Part shown: piece by piece, positions 12,245 through 25,410 of the stretch
Numbering within the stretch: the stretch's first letter is position 1
Layout of the letters: the number at the start of each line of letters is the position of its first letter
NCBI GenBank assembly: GCA_030390025.1
Contig: JASTWF010000037.1
Location: forward strand, 62,001 to 126,000
Direction: 5' to 3'
Length of the DNA: 64,000 nt
Origin: Squalus acanthias
Taxonomy: Eukaryota
Made by a program: the position numbers and the translations under genes
Notes under the pieces: generated by a model
Database searches by the model: none
What the model was told of the DNA's origin: nothing
What the model saw: only the letters and a program-made list of their open reading frames with translations

Positions 12245-14731
12245 TATACGCAGTAACGCACGGTGCGTTATACCCAGTAACACGCTGTGTTATTATATAA
12301 TATATACGGGAGCGTTATACCCAGTAACGCACGGTGCGTTATTATATAATATATACAGGAGCGTTATACCCAGTAACGCACGGTGTGTTATTATATAATA
12401 TATACAGGAGCGTTATACCCAGTAACACGCGGTGTGTTATTATATAATATATACAGGAGCGTTATACCCAGTAACACACGGTGCGTTATTATATAATATA
12501 TACAGGAGCGTTATACCCAGTAACACGCGGTGTGTTATTATATAATATATACAGGAGCGTTATACCCAGTAACGCACGGTGCGTTATTATATAATATATA
12601 TAGGAGCGTTATACCCAGTAACGCACGGTGTGTTATATAATATATACAGGAGCGTTATACCCAGTAACGCACGGTGTGTTATTATATAATATATACAGGA
12701 GCGTTATACCCAGTAACACACGGTGTGTTATTATATAATATATACAGGAGCGTTATACCCAGTAACACACGGTGTGTTATTATATAATATATACAGGAGC
12801 GTTATACCCTGTAACACACGGTGCGTTATTATATAATATATACAGGAGCGTTATCCCCAGTAACACATGGCGCGTTATTATATAATATATACAGGAGCGT
12901 TATACCCAGTAATATATATATTCGATGGAATCTGGAACTGTACCCATGGATTGGAGGGTAGCTAATGTTACCCCACTATTCAAAAAGGGTGGTAGAGAGA
13001 AAGTGGGGAATTACAGACCGGTAAGCCTGACATCGGTAGTGGGGAAAATGCAAGAGTCCATTATAAAGGATGTAATAGCTGAGCATTTGAAAAACAGTGA
13101 CAGGATCGGACAAAGTCAACATGGATTTACAAAAGGTAAATCGTGCTTGACTAATCTACTGGAATTTTTTGAGGATGTAACTGGGAAAATAGATAAGGGA
13201 GAACCAGTAGATGTGGTGTATTTGGACTTTCAAAAGGCTTTCGATAAGGTCCCGCATAAGAGATTAGCGGGTAAAGTTAAGGCACATGGGATTGGGGGCA
13301 AGGTATTGACTTGGATAGAGAACTGGTTGGCGGACAGAAAGCAGAGAGTAGGAATTAATGGGTCTTTTTCCGAGTGGCAAGCAGTGACTAGTGGGGTACC
13401 GCAGGGATCGGTCCTTGGACCCCAGCTATTCACAATATACATTAATGATCTAGATAAGGGAATTAAATGTAATATCTCCAAGTTTGCAGATGACACAAAG
13501 TTGGGTGGGAGTGTGTGCAGCGAGGAGAATAGCGAGAAACTCCAGGATGATCTGGACAGGTTGGGTGAGTGGGCAGAAGCGTGGCAGATGCAATATAACG
13601 TGGATAAGTGCGAGGTTATCCACTTTGGTGTCAAAAACAGAAAGGCAGACTATTATCTGAATGGCAATAGATTGGGAGAAGGGGAAGTGCAACGAGACCT
13701 GGGTGTCCTTGTGCACCAGTCGCTGAAAGTAAGCATGCAGGTGCAGCAGGCGGTGAAGAAGGCAAATGGTATGTTGGCCTTCATAGCGAAAGGGTTTGAG
13801 TATAGGAACAGGGATGTCCTGCTGCAGTTGTACAGGGCCTTGGTGAGACCACACCTTGAGTACTGTGTGCAGTTTTGGTCGCCTTATCTGAGGAAGGATG
13901 TTCTTGCCATGGAAGGAGTTCAGCGAAGATTCACAAGGCTGATACCTGGGATGGCAGGAATGACATATGAGGAGAGATTGGGTCGATTGGGCTTATACTC
14001 ACTGGAGTATAGAAGAATGAGAGGGGATCTCATCGAAACATATAAAATTCTGACAGGTCTGGACAAACTAGATGCAGGAAGGATGTTCCCGATGGTCGGA
14101 GAGTCCAGAACCAGGGGTCATAATCTACGGATAACGGGTAAACCATTTAGGACAGAAATGAGGAAGAATTTCTTCACCCAGAGAGTGGTGAACCTGTGGA
14201 ATTCTCTACCACAGAAGGTAGTTGAGGCGAAGTCATTAAATATATTCAAGGATGAGTTAGATCTATTTCTTAAAGCTAAAGGTATCAAGGGATATGGGGA
14301 GAAGGCAGGTACAGGGTACTGAGTTTAGATGATCAGCCATGATCTCATCGAATGGCGGAGCAGGCTCGAGGGGCCAAATGGCCTACTCCTGCTCCTATCT
14401 TCTATGTTTCTATGTTTATGTAACACACGGTGTGTTATATAATATATACAGGAGCTTTATACCCAGTAACACACGGTGTGTTATTATATAATATATACGG
14501 GAGTGTTATACCCAGTAATACACGGTGTGTTATTATATAATATATACAGGAGCGTTAGACCCAGTATTACACGGTGTGTTATTATATAATATATACAGGA
14601 GCGTTAGACCCAGTAATACACGGTGTGTTATTATATCATATATACAGGAGCGTTATACCCAGTAACACACGGTGTGTTATTATATAATATATACAGGAGC
14701 GTTATACCCAGTAACGCACGGTGTGTTATTA
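12245..14731. repeat. 49-bp AT-rich minisatellite split by a CR1 insertion
   Basis: Unit ACAGGAGCGTTATACCCAGTAACACACGGTGTGTTATTATATAATATAT; about 13 units left of 12912 and about 6 right of 14420. Confidence 0.95.
12921..14419 (+). mobile_element. 5'-truncated young CR1 LINE with uninterrupted 465-aa RT/C-terminal ORF (12925-14322)
   Basis: NYRPVSLTS, YLDFQKAFDKV, GVPQGSVLGP and KFADDTK motifs; no endonuclease domain; (CTATGTTT)n tail. Confidence 0.97.
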
Positions 14732-15084
14732 CACTGGACGGGTGGTGGTGGGGCGGGGGCGGGGGCAGGAGAGCTCTCCCATCTGGATCCTATTCTCCCA
14801 GGTCAGGAAGGGGGGATTCAATCTCCCTGAAGATCGGACTGTTTCTTCAACCCTGATTTCAGTAAAACCTTAGGCTGGGAATCCCAGCCCTGCGTCACAT
14901 TAATCCCACCCGATTGTGGCACCAGTCGATTCTTTATCACTTCCCCCTCCGCCGCGTCACTGCTAATTGTTCTAGATAACGCTGGAGTCTCGGGGAGGCC
15001 AGCTCCGAGCAATGACTCGGGCTCCAGATCCCAGTGCGGGCCAACTGTTAAACAAACATGAGGGAGGGGAGCTGTTAATCCCAG

Positions 15085-15385
15085 AATCTCATGGTATTTT
15101 CAGCACAGAAACAGGCCATTCGGCCCAACTGGTCCATGCCAGTGTTTATGCTCCACACGAGCCTCCTCCCACCCCTATTTCATCTCACCCTATCAGCGTA
15201 TCCTTCTATCCCTTTCTCCCTTATTTAGCCTCCCCTTAAATGCATCTATGCTATTTGCCACAACCACTCCCTGTGGTAGCGAGTTCCATATTCTCATCAC
15301 TCTTTGGGTAAAGAAGTTTCTCCTGAATTCCTTATGGGATTTATTAGTTACCATCTTATATTGATGACCTAGTTTTGGACCCCTA
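15085..15385 (-). mobile_element. Diverged CR1 3' fragment
   Basis: Tail CAGCACAGAAACAGGCCATTCGGCCC on the + strand. Confidence 0.7.
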
Positions 15386-15984
15386 GTATAGTTTGAAAAA
15401 ATCTTATTTCACTTTAGTGCCCCAACAGCATCAGGGAGCTGGTTTAACATCAGTAGAGATACAGTTAGTAACACAGGGCGCTGGGGGAGAGGGGTTACTG
15501 AGTGACAGTGTGAGGGAGCTGGATTAAAATCAGTAGAGATACAGTCAGTGACACAGGGCGCTGTGTTGCTGACTGCTCTTTCTGTGAAGGGTTTCTGACG
15601 GTGACGTATTCCCTCCTGAAGTTCACAGCGCGCGCTCCCTGGGGCGTTGACCCGCTCATTCATTGATTATCGAGGTCACTTTCTGAATGACAGCGAGGGA
15701 AGTCATCTCCATGGCAACCGAGGTGAACAAGCATCTGATGAAACTGGGCTCAGTTTGTGCCGTTTGTTCCGTGTTTAGGCATAGCAAAGATTGTGGCAAA
15801 ACGGAGTGGCGTCCCGGTTTGTATCTGGTGACCTCGGTTTAACGGCAGCCAAGCGAGCCCAGCTCAGGAGTGACACTGGCTGCGGACTTACTGCAAACGG
15901 GGGCAAAGCGGACATGGTGGCCCCTTGCTTTCGTTAAGCTTTGAGATGGGGGCGGTGGGGGGAAGCTGGGCGTGGCGTGTGCTG

Positions 15985-17840
15985 TGGTAGCCTGGTGGTT
16001 ATGGTACTGGGTTAGCGTCCCAGGTGTCATGAGTTCAAATCCCACCACGGCAAATTGGATAATTGAATTCAGTAAAGCAGATTATCTGTGCCTGGTTCCA
16101 TGAGTGATGCTGGGTTGTCACCAAGACCCATCAGATTGTCACCAAGACCCATCAGATCGTCATCAAAACCCATCAGATTGTCACCAAGACCATCAGATCG
16201 TCATCAAAACCCATCAGATTGTCACCAAGACCCATCAAATCATCATCAAAACCCATCAGATCATCACCAAGACCCATCAAATCATCATCAAAACCCATCA
16301 GATCATCACCAAGACCCATCAGATTGTCACCAAGACCCATCAGATCATCAAAACCCATCAGATTGTCACCAAGACCCATCAGATCATCAAAACCCATCAG
16401 ATTGTCACCAAGACCCATCAGATCATCATCAAAACCCATCAGATTGTCACCAAGACCATCAGATCATCACCAAGACCCATCAGATCGTCACCAAGACCAT
16501 CAGATCGTCATCAAAACCCATCAGATCGTCACCAATACCCATCAGATCGTCATCAAACCCCATCAGATCGTCATCAAACCCCATCAGATCGTCATCAAGA
16601 CCCATCAGATCGTCATCAGAACCCATCAGATCGTCATCAGAACCCATCAGATCGTCATCAAAACCCATCAGATCGTCATCAAACCCCATCAGATCGTCAT
16701 CAAACCCCATCAGATCGTCATCAAAACCCATCAGATCGTCATCAAACCCCATCAGATCGTCATCAAACCCCATCAGATCGTCATCAAGATCCATCAGATC
16801 GTCATCAGAACCCATCAGATCGTCATCAAACCCCATCAGATCGTCATCAGAACCCATCAGATCGTCATCAAAACCCATCAGATCGTCACCAAGACCCATC
16901 AGATTGTCATCAAACCCCATCAGATCGTCATCAAACCCCATCAGATCGTCATCAGAACCCATCAGATTGTCATCAAAACCCATCAGATTGTCATCAGAAC
17001 CCATCAGATCGTCACCAAGACCCATCAGATTGTCATCAAACCCCATCAGATCGTCATCAAACCCCATCAGATCGTCATCAGAACCCATCAGATCGTCATC
17101 AAAACCCATCAGATCGTCACCAAGACTCATCAGATTGTCATCAAAACCCATCAGATTGTCATCAGAACCCATCAGATCGTCACCAAGACCCATCAGATCG
17201 TCATCAAAACCCATCAGATCGTCATCAAAACCCATCAGATCGTCACCAAGACCCATCAGATCATCATCAAGACCCATCAGATCGTCACCAAGACCCATCA
17301 GATTGTCATCAAAACCCATCAGATTGTCATCAGAACCCATCAGATCGTCACCAAGACCCATCAGATTGTCATCAAAACCCATCAGATCGTCATCAGAACC
17401 CATCAGATCGTCACCAAGACCCATCAGATTGTCATCAGAACCCATCAGATCGTCACCAAGACCCATCAGATCGTCATCAAAACCCATCAGATCGTCACCA
17501 AGACCCATCAGATTGTCATCAAAACCCATCAGATCGTCATCAAAACCCATCAGATCGTCACCAAGACCCATCAGATCATCATCAAGACCCATCAGATCGT
17601 CACCAAGACCCATCAGATTGTCATCAAAACCCATCAGATCGTCATCAGATTGTCACCAAGACCCATCAGATTGTTATCAAAACCCACCGGTTTATTAATT
17701 CCCTCAGTGAAGGGAACCTGCCACACCTACCCAGTCTGGCCTGATTCCAGATCCACGCTATGTGGTTGACTCCAAATGCCGCCCAGGGCAACTAGGGATG
17801 GGCAATAAAGACTGGCCAGTGATTCCCACTTCCCAAAGTC
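15985..17840 (+). mobile_element. tRNA-derived SINE (second family) expanded by an internal minisatellite
   Basis: Head GGTAGCCTGGTGGTTATG and B-box GAGTTCAAATCCC before the array; body and GGGCAATAAA tail after it; colinear with 46200-46604. Confidence 0.75.
16116..17685. repeat. 21-bp minisatellite, roughly 75 units
   Basis: Unit CATCAGATCGTCATCAAAACC with variants; lack of stop codons creates spurious 500-aa ORFs. Confidence 0.97.
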
Positions 17841-18504
17841 TAATTTTTTTTTTAAAGTCTGTGTGGCGGGCATTGCCTTCGCCTGACTTCTCCATCCGAC
17901 CTCTGACCGGGGGAATTAGTTGCTGCAGGGATCAGGTGAGAGGGCCACTGTAGACCTGTGAAGGAGGGATTGATCGCACTCCTGGGGGGCCTTTTAAATC
18001 TTGCACCCCTGCAGAACTGTATCAAACAGGTACCAGTGTCAGATTATCAATACAGTGCTGTACCAAACGTATGTGTGATGTATATATGTGTATATGTTTG
18101 TGGTGTGTATGCGTGTGGGAGCAGTGTATATGCGTGTGTGTGTGCGGTGTGTGTGCTGTATTGATATGTTGTAAACAGACCCCTGATGTTGAAAGAGTTT
18201 CTCCTGTGAGGTCGGATTCCGTTAATCACTCCCAGACAAGATGGCACAGCAATCAATGTTGGTATTAGTGAGACCTGATTTGAACTCAGAAATTTTACCT
18301 TCGAGCCAAGAAAAAGAAAAATACAGATGAGAGGGACAGAGCGATGGGAACTCAGAAAGCTGTTTTTTCATTATGTCGGCATAGCAATGCAGAAAACATT
18401 GGGAACACTTCAGGGGGAATGAGTTGCTGTTCAAAACAACATTCCCTTGTTCAGAACAGCACTGGCCAGCAGAGTGGGGGTGGGCTATTGGGCCCCACAC
18501 AATA

Positions 18505-18920
18505 ACAACAACTTGAATTTATCTAGCGCCTTTAACGTAGTAAACCGTCCCAAGGTGCTTCACAGGAGCGATTATCAGACAAAATTTGACACCAAGCCAC
18601 ATGAGGAGATATTAGGACAGGAGGGAGGCTTTAAGGAGCTTCTTAAGGAGGAGAGAGAGGCGGAGAGGTTTAGGGAGGGAATTCCAGAGCTTAGGGCCTA
18701 GACAGCTGAAGGCCCAGCCGCCAATGGTGGAGCGATGGAAATCAGGGGATTCACAAGAGGACAGAATTGGAGGAACGCAGCGATCGCGGAGGGTTGTGGG
18801 GCTGGAGGAGGTTGCAGAGATTGGGGGGTGGGGGTGGGGGGGGGAGGCCATGGAGGGATTTCAAAACAAGAATGAGAATTTTTAAATGGAGGCTTTGCTG
18901 GACAGGGAACCAATGTAGGC
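18505..18920 (-). mobile_element. L2-clade LINE 3' fragment
   Basis: Same family as 2135-2475. Confidence 0.85.
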
Positions 18921-19034
18921 CACAGTACAAAGGGGGTTGGGGGCGCAGTTGTGTTTTGCCCTGTTTACTTTCGAGGACATTTACCAACTTCACTTGAACC
19001 AAGAAATTGCAGCGCTGCACGTTTATGTTCCTTT

Positions 19035-20095
19035 TCAGTGAAGTGCTGAGGGAGTGCTGTACCGTCAGAAGTGCCGTCTTTCGGGTGAAACGTTAAACCG
19101 AGGCCCCGTCTGCCCTCTATTGGACTAAACCACTCCCAAGATCCCACGACACTATTCGAAAAAGAGCAGGGGGGAGTTCTCCCCGGTGTCCTGGGGCCAA
19201 TATTTATCCCTCAACCAGCATCACTAAAAAACAGATGATCTGGTCATTATCATATTGCTGTTTGTGGGAGCAAATTGGCTGCCGCGCGCGCTTCCCTATG
19301 TTACAACAGTGACCACACTTCAAAAACATAGAAACATAGAAGATAGGAGCAGGACTAGGCCATTCGGCCCCTCGAGCCTGCTCCGCCATTCATTGAGATC
19401 ATGGCTGATCATCCAAACTCAGTACCCTGTCCCTGCCTTCTCCCCATATCCCTTGATCCCTTTAGCCTTAAGAAATATATCTAACTCCTTCTTGAATATA
19501 TTTAATGAATTGGCCTCAACTGCCTTCTGTGGTAGAGAATTCCACAGGTTCACCACTCTCTGGGTGAAGAAATTCCTCCTCATCTCAGTCCTAAATGGCT
19601 TACCCCTTATCCTTAGACTGTGACCCCTGGTTCCGGACTCCCCCGCCATCGGGAACATCCTTCCTGCATCTAGTCTGTCTAGTCCTGTTAGAATTTTATA
19701 AGTTTCAATGAGATCCCCTCTCATTCTTCTAAACTCCAGCGAGTATAAGCCCAATCGACGCAATCTCTCCTCGTACGTCATTCCTGCCATCCCAGGTATC
19801 AGTCTGGTGAATCTTCGCTGCACTCCCTCCATGGCAAGAACATCCTTCCTCAGATAATGCGACCAAAACTGCACACAATACTCAAGGTGTGGTCTCACCA
19901 AGGCCCTGTACAACTGCAGCAAGACATCCTTGCTCCTGTACTCGAACCCTCTCGCTACGAAAGCCAACATACCATTTGCCTTCTTAACCGCCTGCTGCAC
20001 CTGCATGCTTACCAATGTAATCAATTGGCTGTAAAGCGCTTTGAGACGTCCTGAGGTCGTGAAAGGCGCTATATAAATGTAAGTTCTTTCTTTCT
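19035..20095 (+). mobile_element. SacSINE1-like SINE interrupted by a CR1
   Basis: SINE to ~19325; tail resumes ~20020. Confidence 0.8.
19323..20013 (-). mobile_element. CR1 LINE 3' fragment with open C-terminal ORF
   Basis: KKANGMLAF...RPHLEYCVQFWS...KGYGEKAGTGY. Confidence 0.95.
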
Positions 20096-20659
20096 TAATG
20101 AGGCCCATCCACCGCCAAAACCAGCGGCATTAAAATGGGGACTCGGCTCCATTTTAACTGCTCCCCCCTCCCCCCACCCCCCCCAGCTTCTTTCCCATCG
20201 ATTGGTGAGAGTTAAAATCATCCGCACCCCCCCACCCCCCTCCACCACAGCCTCTCCCTTTCTGGGCAGAGTGAGTCAGCCACGAACCACCCACCACCGC
20301 CTCTAACCAGTACCGTCCGAAGCTCAGCCCAGATGGAAGGGAAGGCCAAGGCTAGGACATGAGCTCCGTCGTGAGTGAGTGAGATGCAGGATTCGGATCT
20401 CCCGTGCGCATTTTTTCAACCCAGAATCCGCCAAGTGGTTGCTGCGTATCTCCATCATGAATAAGTGCGTTACCAGTGTGCCAGGAAGTGTCACGCTTGA
20501 TTTGGGGATTACGCATAAACCAGGTTTCCTGTGAGATTTGGATAAAAATAGCCAACTGCTGGATCTGAAACCTACAACCCATTAAATGCCTCATTCCACA
20601 ACTCAACCCAAACAGAACTCGCACTGAACTGTAGAACTAAAGTTGCAGCAAAAGAAAAT

Positions 20660-21105
20660 ACTTGTATTTCTACAGTGCCTTTCACAACCTCAGGACGTCC
20701 CAAAGCGCTTTACAGCCAAGGAAGTATTTTTGAGGTGTATTCACTGTTGTGCTGTCGGAAACACAGCAGCCGATATGCTCACCAAGCTCCCACAAATGAC
20801 CAAATCATTTGCGGTTTTTTTCAGTGATGTTGGTTGAGGGATAAGTATTGGCCCCAGATCACCGGGGAGTTCTCCCCTTGCTCTTCTTCGAAATAGTGGC
20901 CATGGGATCTTTTGCGTCCACCTGAGAGAGCAGACGGGGGCCCTCGTTTTAACGTGTGCGTCCGAAAGACGGCGCCTCTGACAGTGCAGCACTCCATTGG
21001 AGTGTCAGCCTAGACTTTTGTGCTCGGGTCTCTGGGGTGGGATTTAGAACCTCGCAGGCTTCTGACTCAGAGGCAGAGAGTGCTACCCACTGAGCCACGG
21101 CTGAC
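20660..21105 (-). mobile_element. SacSINE1-like SINE
   Basis: Head, body and tail recognisable. Confidence 0.85.
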
Positions 21106-21184
21106 AGCAAGATTCTCACAGTGGACTTTTAGTGAGCACAGTATTTGAATAGGGGTGCAGTGTGAACTTAGATCAGAAATCCTC

Positions 21185-22400
21185 TACGATGGGAGTGAAT
21201 GGGGAGAGGGTTTGGTCCATTGAAAGTCCGTAGAATAGGAGTGAATGGGAAAGGGTTTAGTCCAATGGGATTCCAAGCCACAAGAGTGAATGAAAAGTGG
21301 TTTAGTCCAAGAGAGATTGGGAAGGGGTTTGGTCCATTCTGATTCTATACAGTGGGAGTGAGAGAGAGTGGAGAGAGGTTGGATCCATTGGGATTCCATA
21401 CAATGGGAGGGGTTCGGTCCCGTGGGATTCCATACAATGGGAGGGGTTTGGTCCCGTGGGAGTCCATACAATGGGAGGGGTTTGGTCCAGTGGGATTCCA
21501 TAGAATGGGAGGGGTTTGGTCCAGTGGGATTCCATATAATGGGAGGGGTTTGGTCCCGTGGGATTCCATACAATGGGAGGGGTTCGGTCCCGTGGGATTC
21601 CATAGAATGGGAGGGGTTCGGTCCAGTGGGATTCCATACAATGGGAGGGGTTCGGTCCAGTGGGATTCCATACAATGGGAGGGGTTCGGTCCCGTGGGAT
21701 TCCATACAATGGGAGGGTTTCGGTCCCGTGGGATTCCATACAATGGGAGGGGTTCGGTCCAGTGGGATTCCATACAATGGGAGGGGTTCGGTCCCGTGGG
21801 ATTCCATACAATGGGAGGGTTTCGGTCCCGTGGGATTCCATACAATGGGAGGGGTTCGGTCCAGTGGGATTCCATACAATGGGAGGGGTTCGGTCCCGTG
21901 GGATTCCATACAATGGGAGGGGTTCGGTCCAGTGGGATTCCATACAATGGGAGGGGTTCGGTCCCGTGGGATTCCATACAATGGGAGGGGTTCGGTCCCG
22001 TGGGATTCCATACAATGGGAGGGGTTCGGTCCAGTGGGATTCCATACAATGGGAGGGGTTCGGTCCTGTGGGATTCCATACAATGGGAGGGGTTCGGTCC
22101 AGTGGGATTCCATACAATGGGAGGGGTTCGGTCCCGTGGGATTCCATACAATGGGAGGGGTTCGGTCCAGTGGGATTCCATACAATGGGAGGGGTTCGGT
22201 CCAGTGGGATTCCATACAATGGGAGGGGTTCGGTCCCGTGGGATTCCATACAATGGGAGGGGTTCGGTCTCGTGGGATTCTATACAATGAGAATGAATGG
22301 GAGGGATTTGGTCCCGTGGGATTCTATACATTGGGAATGAATGGGGGAGGGGTTTAGTCCCGTGGGATTCTATACAACGGGAATGAATGGGGAAGGGTTT
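21185..22400. repeat. 34-bp minisatellite (about 26 units) with degenerate 45-bp units at both edges
   Basis: Unit GGTCCCGTGGGATTCCATACAATGGGAGGGGTTC. Confidence 0.95.
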
Positions 22401-22859
22401 AATTTTTTTGCTTCTCCTGTAGTGTGTTTCCAAAGTCATGTGGGGCAAACAGAAACAGAACATGGGAAGAAAGCTAATCAGGAGCCAAGCCATGTTGGGT
22501 CATTCCTTTCATGTATCTCCTCTAAGAACACTATGGGCAGGAGCCTGTCTTTTGGCTAAAGAATCTTGGGGAACCATTCAAAAGGGTTAAAAAGATGAAG
22601 GGTCCAGCGAACAAGAGGGACAGTGCCCTAAGATTTTCATTATTGGGGCACCCAGGTGAAGGGTCGAGGGCCACCAAGGTAGAAACGAGAGAAGATGGGA
22701 TGAGTCAAAGAGTAGTCGTTAGGTGACATCAAGTTTGGATTTTAGAAAGAAAGACTTGCCTTTATACAGCGCCTTTCACGAAATCAGGACATCCCAAAGC
22801 GCTTTCCATTACAGGCACCCAGTGTCAAGTACAAGAGTTAGATAAAGATGAAAAAGGCA

Positions 22860-23310
22860 GACATGCATTTCTATTGCGCCTTTTGGGACCTCAGCGCTTT
22901 ACAGCCAATTAAGTACCTTTGAAGTGTAGTCACTGTTGTAATGTAGGAAACGCGGCAGCCATTTTACGCACAGCAAGATCCCACAAACAACAATGTGGTA
23001 ATGACCCGATAATCTGTTTCAGTACTGTTGGTTGAGGGATAAATATTGGCCCCACGACACCGGAGAGAACTCCCCCCTGCTTTTCTTCGAAATACTTCTA
23101 TGGGATCTTTTATGTCCACCTGAGAGAGCAGACGGGGTCCTCGGTTTAACGTCTCATACTGAAAGACGGCACCTCCGACAGTGCAGCGCTCCCTCAGTAC
23201 CGCACTGAAGCGTCGGCCTAGATTTTTCTGCTCAAGTCTCTGTAATGAGACTTTAAACCCCAAACCATCCGACTCACAGCGAGAATGCGACCCCCTGAGC
23301 CATGGCTGGC
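22860..23310 (-). mobile_element. SacSINE1-like SINE
   Basis: Family match. Confidence 0.85.
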
Positions 23311-23429
23311 TCTAATAGCTGGCCGATTGTTGGGGGAAGGGGATACTGAGAGAGGTAAGGAGTTTTGAGGGCCTGGCAATAGAACAAGTTAGAGTAGGAG
23401 ACAGTGTAAGTGCCTTGATGCTAACAAAG

Positions 23430-23820
23430 TGAGAAAGAAAAACTTGCATTTATATCTTTCACAACCACCGGACGTCCCAAAGCGCTTTACAGCCAATGAA
23501 GTATAGTCACGGTTGTAAATGCGGCAGCCAATTTGCACACAGCAATGTGATAATGACCAGCTAATCTGTTTTGTTATGTTGATTGAGGGATAAATATTGA
23601 TCTTCTTCGAAATAGTGCCGTGGGCTCTTTTACATCCACCTGAGAGAGCGGACGGTGCTGTAGTTTAACATCTCACCCGAAAGACGGCACCTCCGACAAC
23701 GCAGCACTCCCCTGGAGTGTCAACCTAGATTTATGTGCGTAGGTTCCTGGAGTGGGACTTGAACCCACAACCATTCTGATTCTAGAGGTGAGGGTGCTAC
23801 CCACTGAGCCACAGCTGACA
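23430..23820 (-). mobile_element. SacSINE1-like SINE with internal deletions
   Basis: Family match. Confidence 0.8.
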
Positions 23821-24475
23821 CTGCGGATGAGATCTCAGGTGAGGATGCAGAGAGGGGGACAACCCTCCTGCCTCCACCTTTTGGATTGGGAGGAAAGAGT
23901 TAAGTTCCAGTGCAGCCGAGTCTGGTGTGTTGAAAGACATCGAGCCTTTCGGTCTAACCCAACAACTCTTGTGTTCTCATTAACAACAGAAAGACTCCTT
24001 GGGGCTGGCTCTCTCACATAAACAGGCCATCGGGCCACTCAATGATCTTGGGAATGGCTCTATCTCACTGCAAACATCAAGGAGGGATTCATAAAATGGC
24101 TATTGTTGCAGAGCAGTTACTGGCGGGGGAGGGGGGGAGGGGGGGAGGGGAGTGGGGGAGGGCTTGAAGTTGGGAGGGGGAGGGGTGGTTAGTTGAGGTC
24201 AGTCTAATGGCAAGTATACAGATCTGATTAGACCTTTTCCAAGGTGAATTCAGTTAGAAATAAAATTTCAATAGTTATTCCATGCCCGTAGGGATTCTTA
24301 ACTGAATTACCTCAGTGCACACTACATTTACAGCAAAGAGGAAAACTTGAGTTTAACCATTTACGCACGATATATTAAACATCTTACCTGTTCGCATACC
24401 TTACTTCCTGTTATCATGGTATTTGGTCACGCTTTTCTGTCACCATTGACCAAATGGCAACATTACCCATTCAAA

Positions 24476-24489
24476 GTTGCTATGTCAAC
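24476..24489. promoter_or_regulatory. RFX X-box-like motif
   Basis: GTTGCTATGTCAAC versus consensus GTTGCCATGGCAAC; motif match only. Confidence 0.4.
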
Positions 24490-24513
24490 TGTCACGATAA
24501 GCGGCACAGGCTC

Positions 24514-24532
24514 TGTCCAGTAGGTGGCGCTG
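24514..24532 (+). promoter_or_regulatory. CTCF-like core motif
   Basis: TGTCCAGTAGGTGGCGCTG closely fits the CTCF core; lies in non-repeat DNA. Confidence 0.55.
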
Positions 24533-24834
24533 TGGGGCCACTTTCTGAAGCCTCGCCCCCCCCATCTTTGCCACCATTTTGTATAATATCAACTTAAAGG
24601 GGAGGTGTCAAGATGGAGACTTTTGGGCATTTTCCCTACAGGTGCTACTGCGACGGAAATTGCGTCCTCTGCTTACGGTGCACTATACGTTTATCTTAAA
24701 ACTTAGCTTTTTATCAAGAATGTATTATTTGCACTTCAGTAGGAAACGCATCAACCAGCATTTCGTACTATAGCACATCAGCTGTGGCTCGGTGGGTAGC
24801 ACTCTCGCCAAAAGGTCACAGAAACCTTCATGCC

Positions 24835-25410
24835 TCTAGCCTTGACTATTCCAACGCACTCCTGGCCTGCCTCCCACACTCTACCCTGCTTAAACTTGAG
24901 CTCATCCAAAACTCGGCTGCCCATGTCCTAACTCGCACCGAGTCCCGTTCACCCATCACCCCCTGTGCTCGCTGACCTCCATTGGCTCCCAGTTAAACAG
25001 CGCCTCGATTTTAAAATTCTCATCCTTGTTTTTAAATCCCTCCATGGCCTCGCTCCCCTCCCTATCTCTGTAATCTCCTCCAGCCCCACAACCCCACCCC
25101 CAAGATATCTGCGCTCCTCTAATTCTGCCCTCTTGAGCATCCCTGATTTTAATCGCCCAACCATTGGTGGCCGTGCCTTCTGGTGCCTGGGCCCCAAGCT
25201 CTGGAATTCCCTCCTAAACCTCTCCGCCTCTCTTTCCTCCTTTAAGACTCTCCTTAAAACCTACCTCTTCGACCAAACTTTTGGCCATCAGCCCTAATTT
25301 CTCCTTATGTGACTTGGTGTCAGATTTTTGTCTGATAATCGGTCCTGTGAAGTGCCTTGGGACGTGTTACTACGTTAAAGGTGCTATATAAATGCACGTT
25401 GTTGTTGTTC
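24835..25410 (+). mobile_element. L2-clade LINE 3' fragment
   Basis: LDYSNALL..LELIQNSAA..LHWLPVKQRLDFKIL. Confidence 0.9.

Noticed and set aside
16088..17769. Three 500+ aa ORFs and an antisense ORF
   Set aside because: Products of a stop-free 21-bp array inside a SINE; open in several frames at once.
21184..22493. ORFs over 200 aa in all six frames
   Set aside because: The 34-bp unit has no stop codons on either strand.
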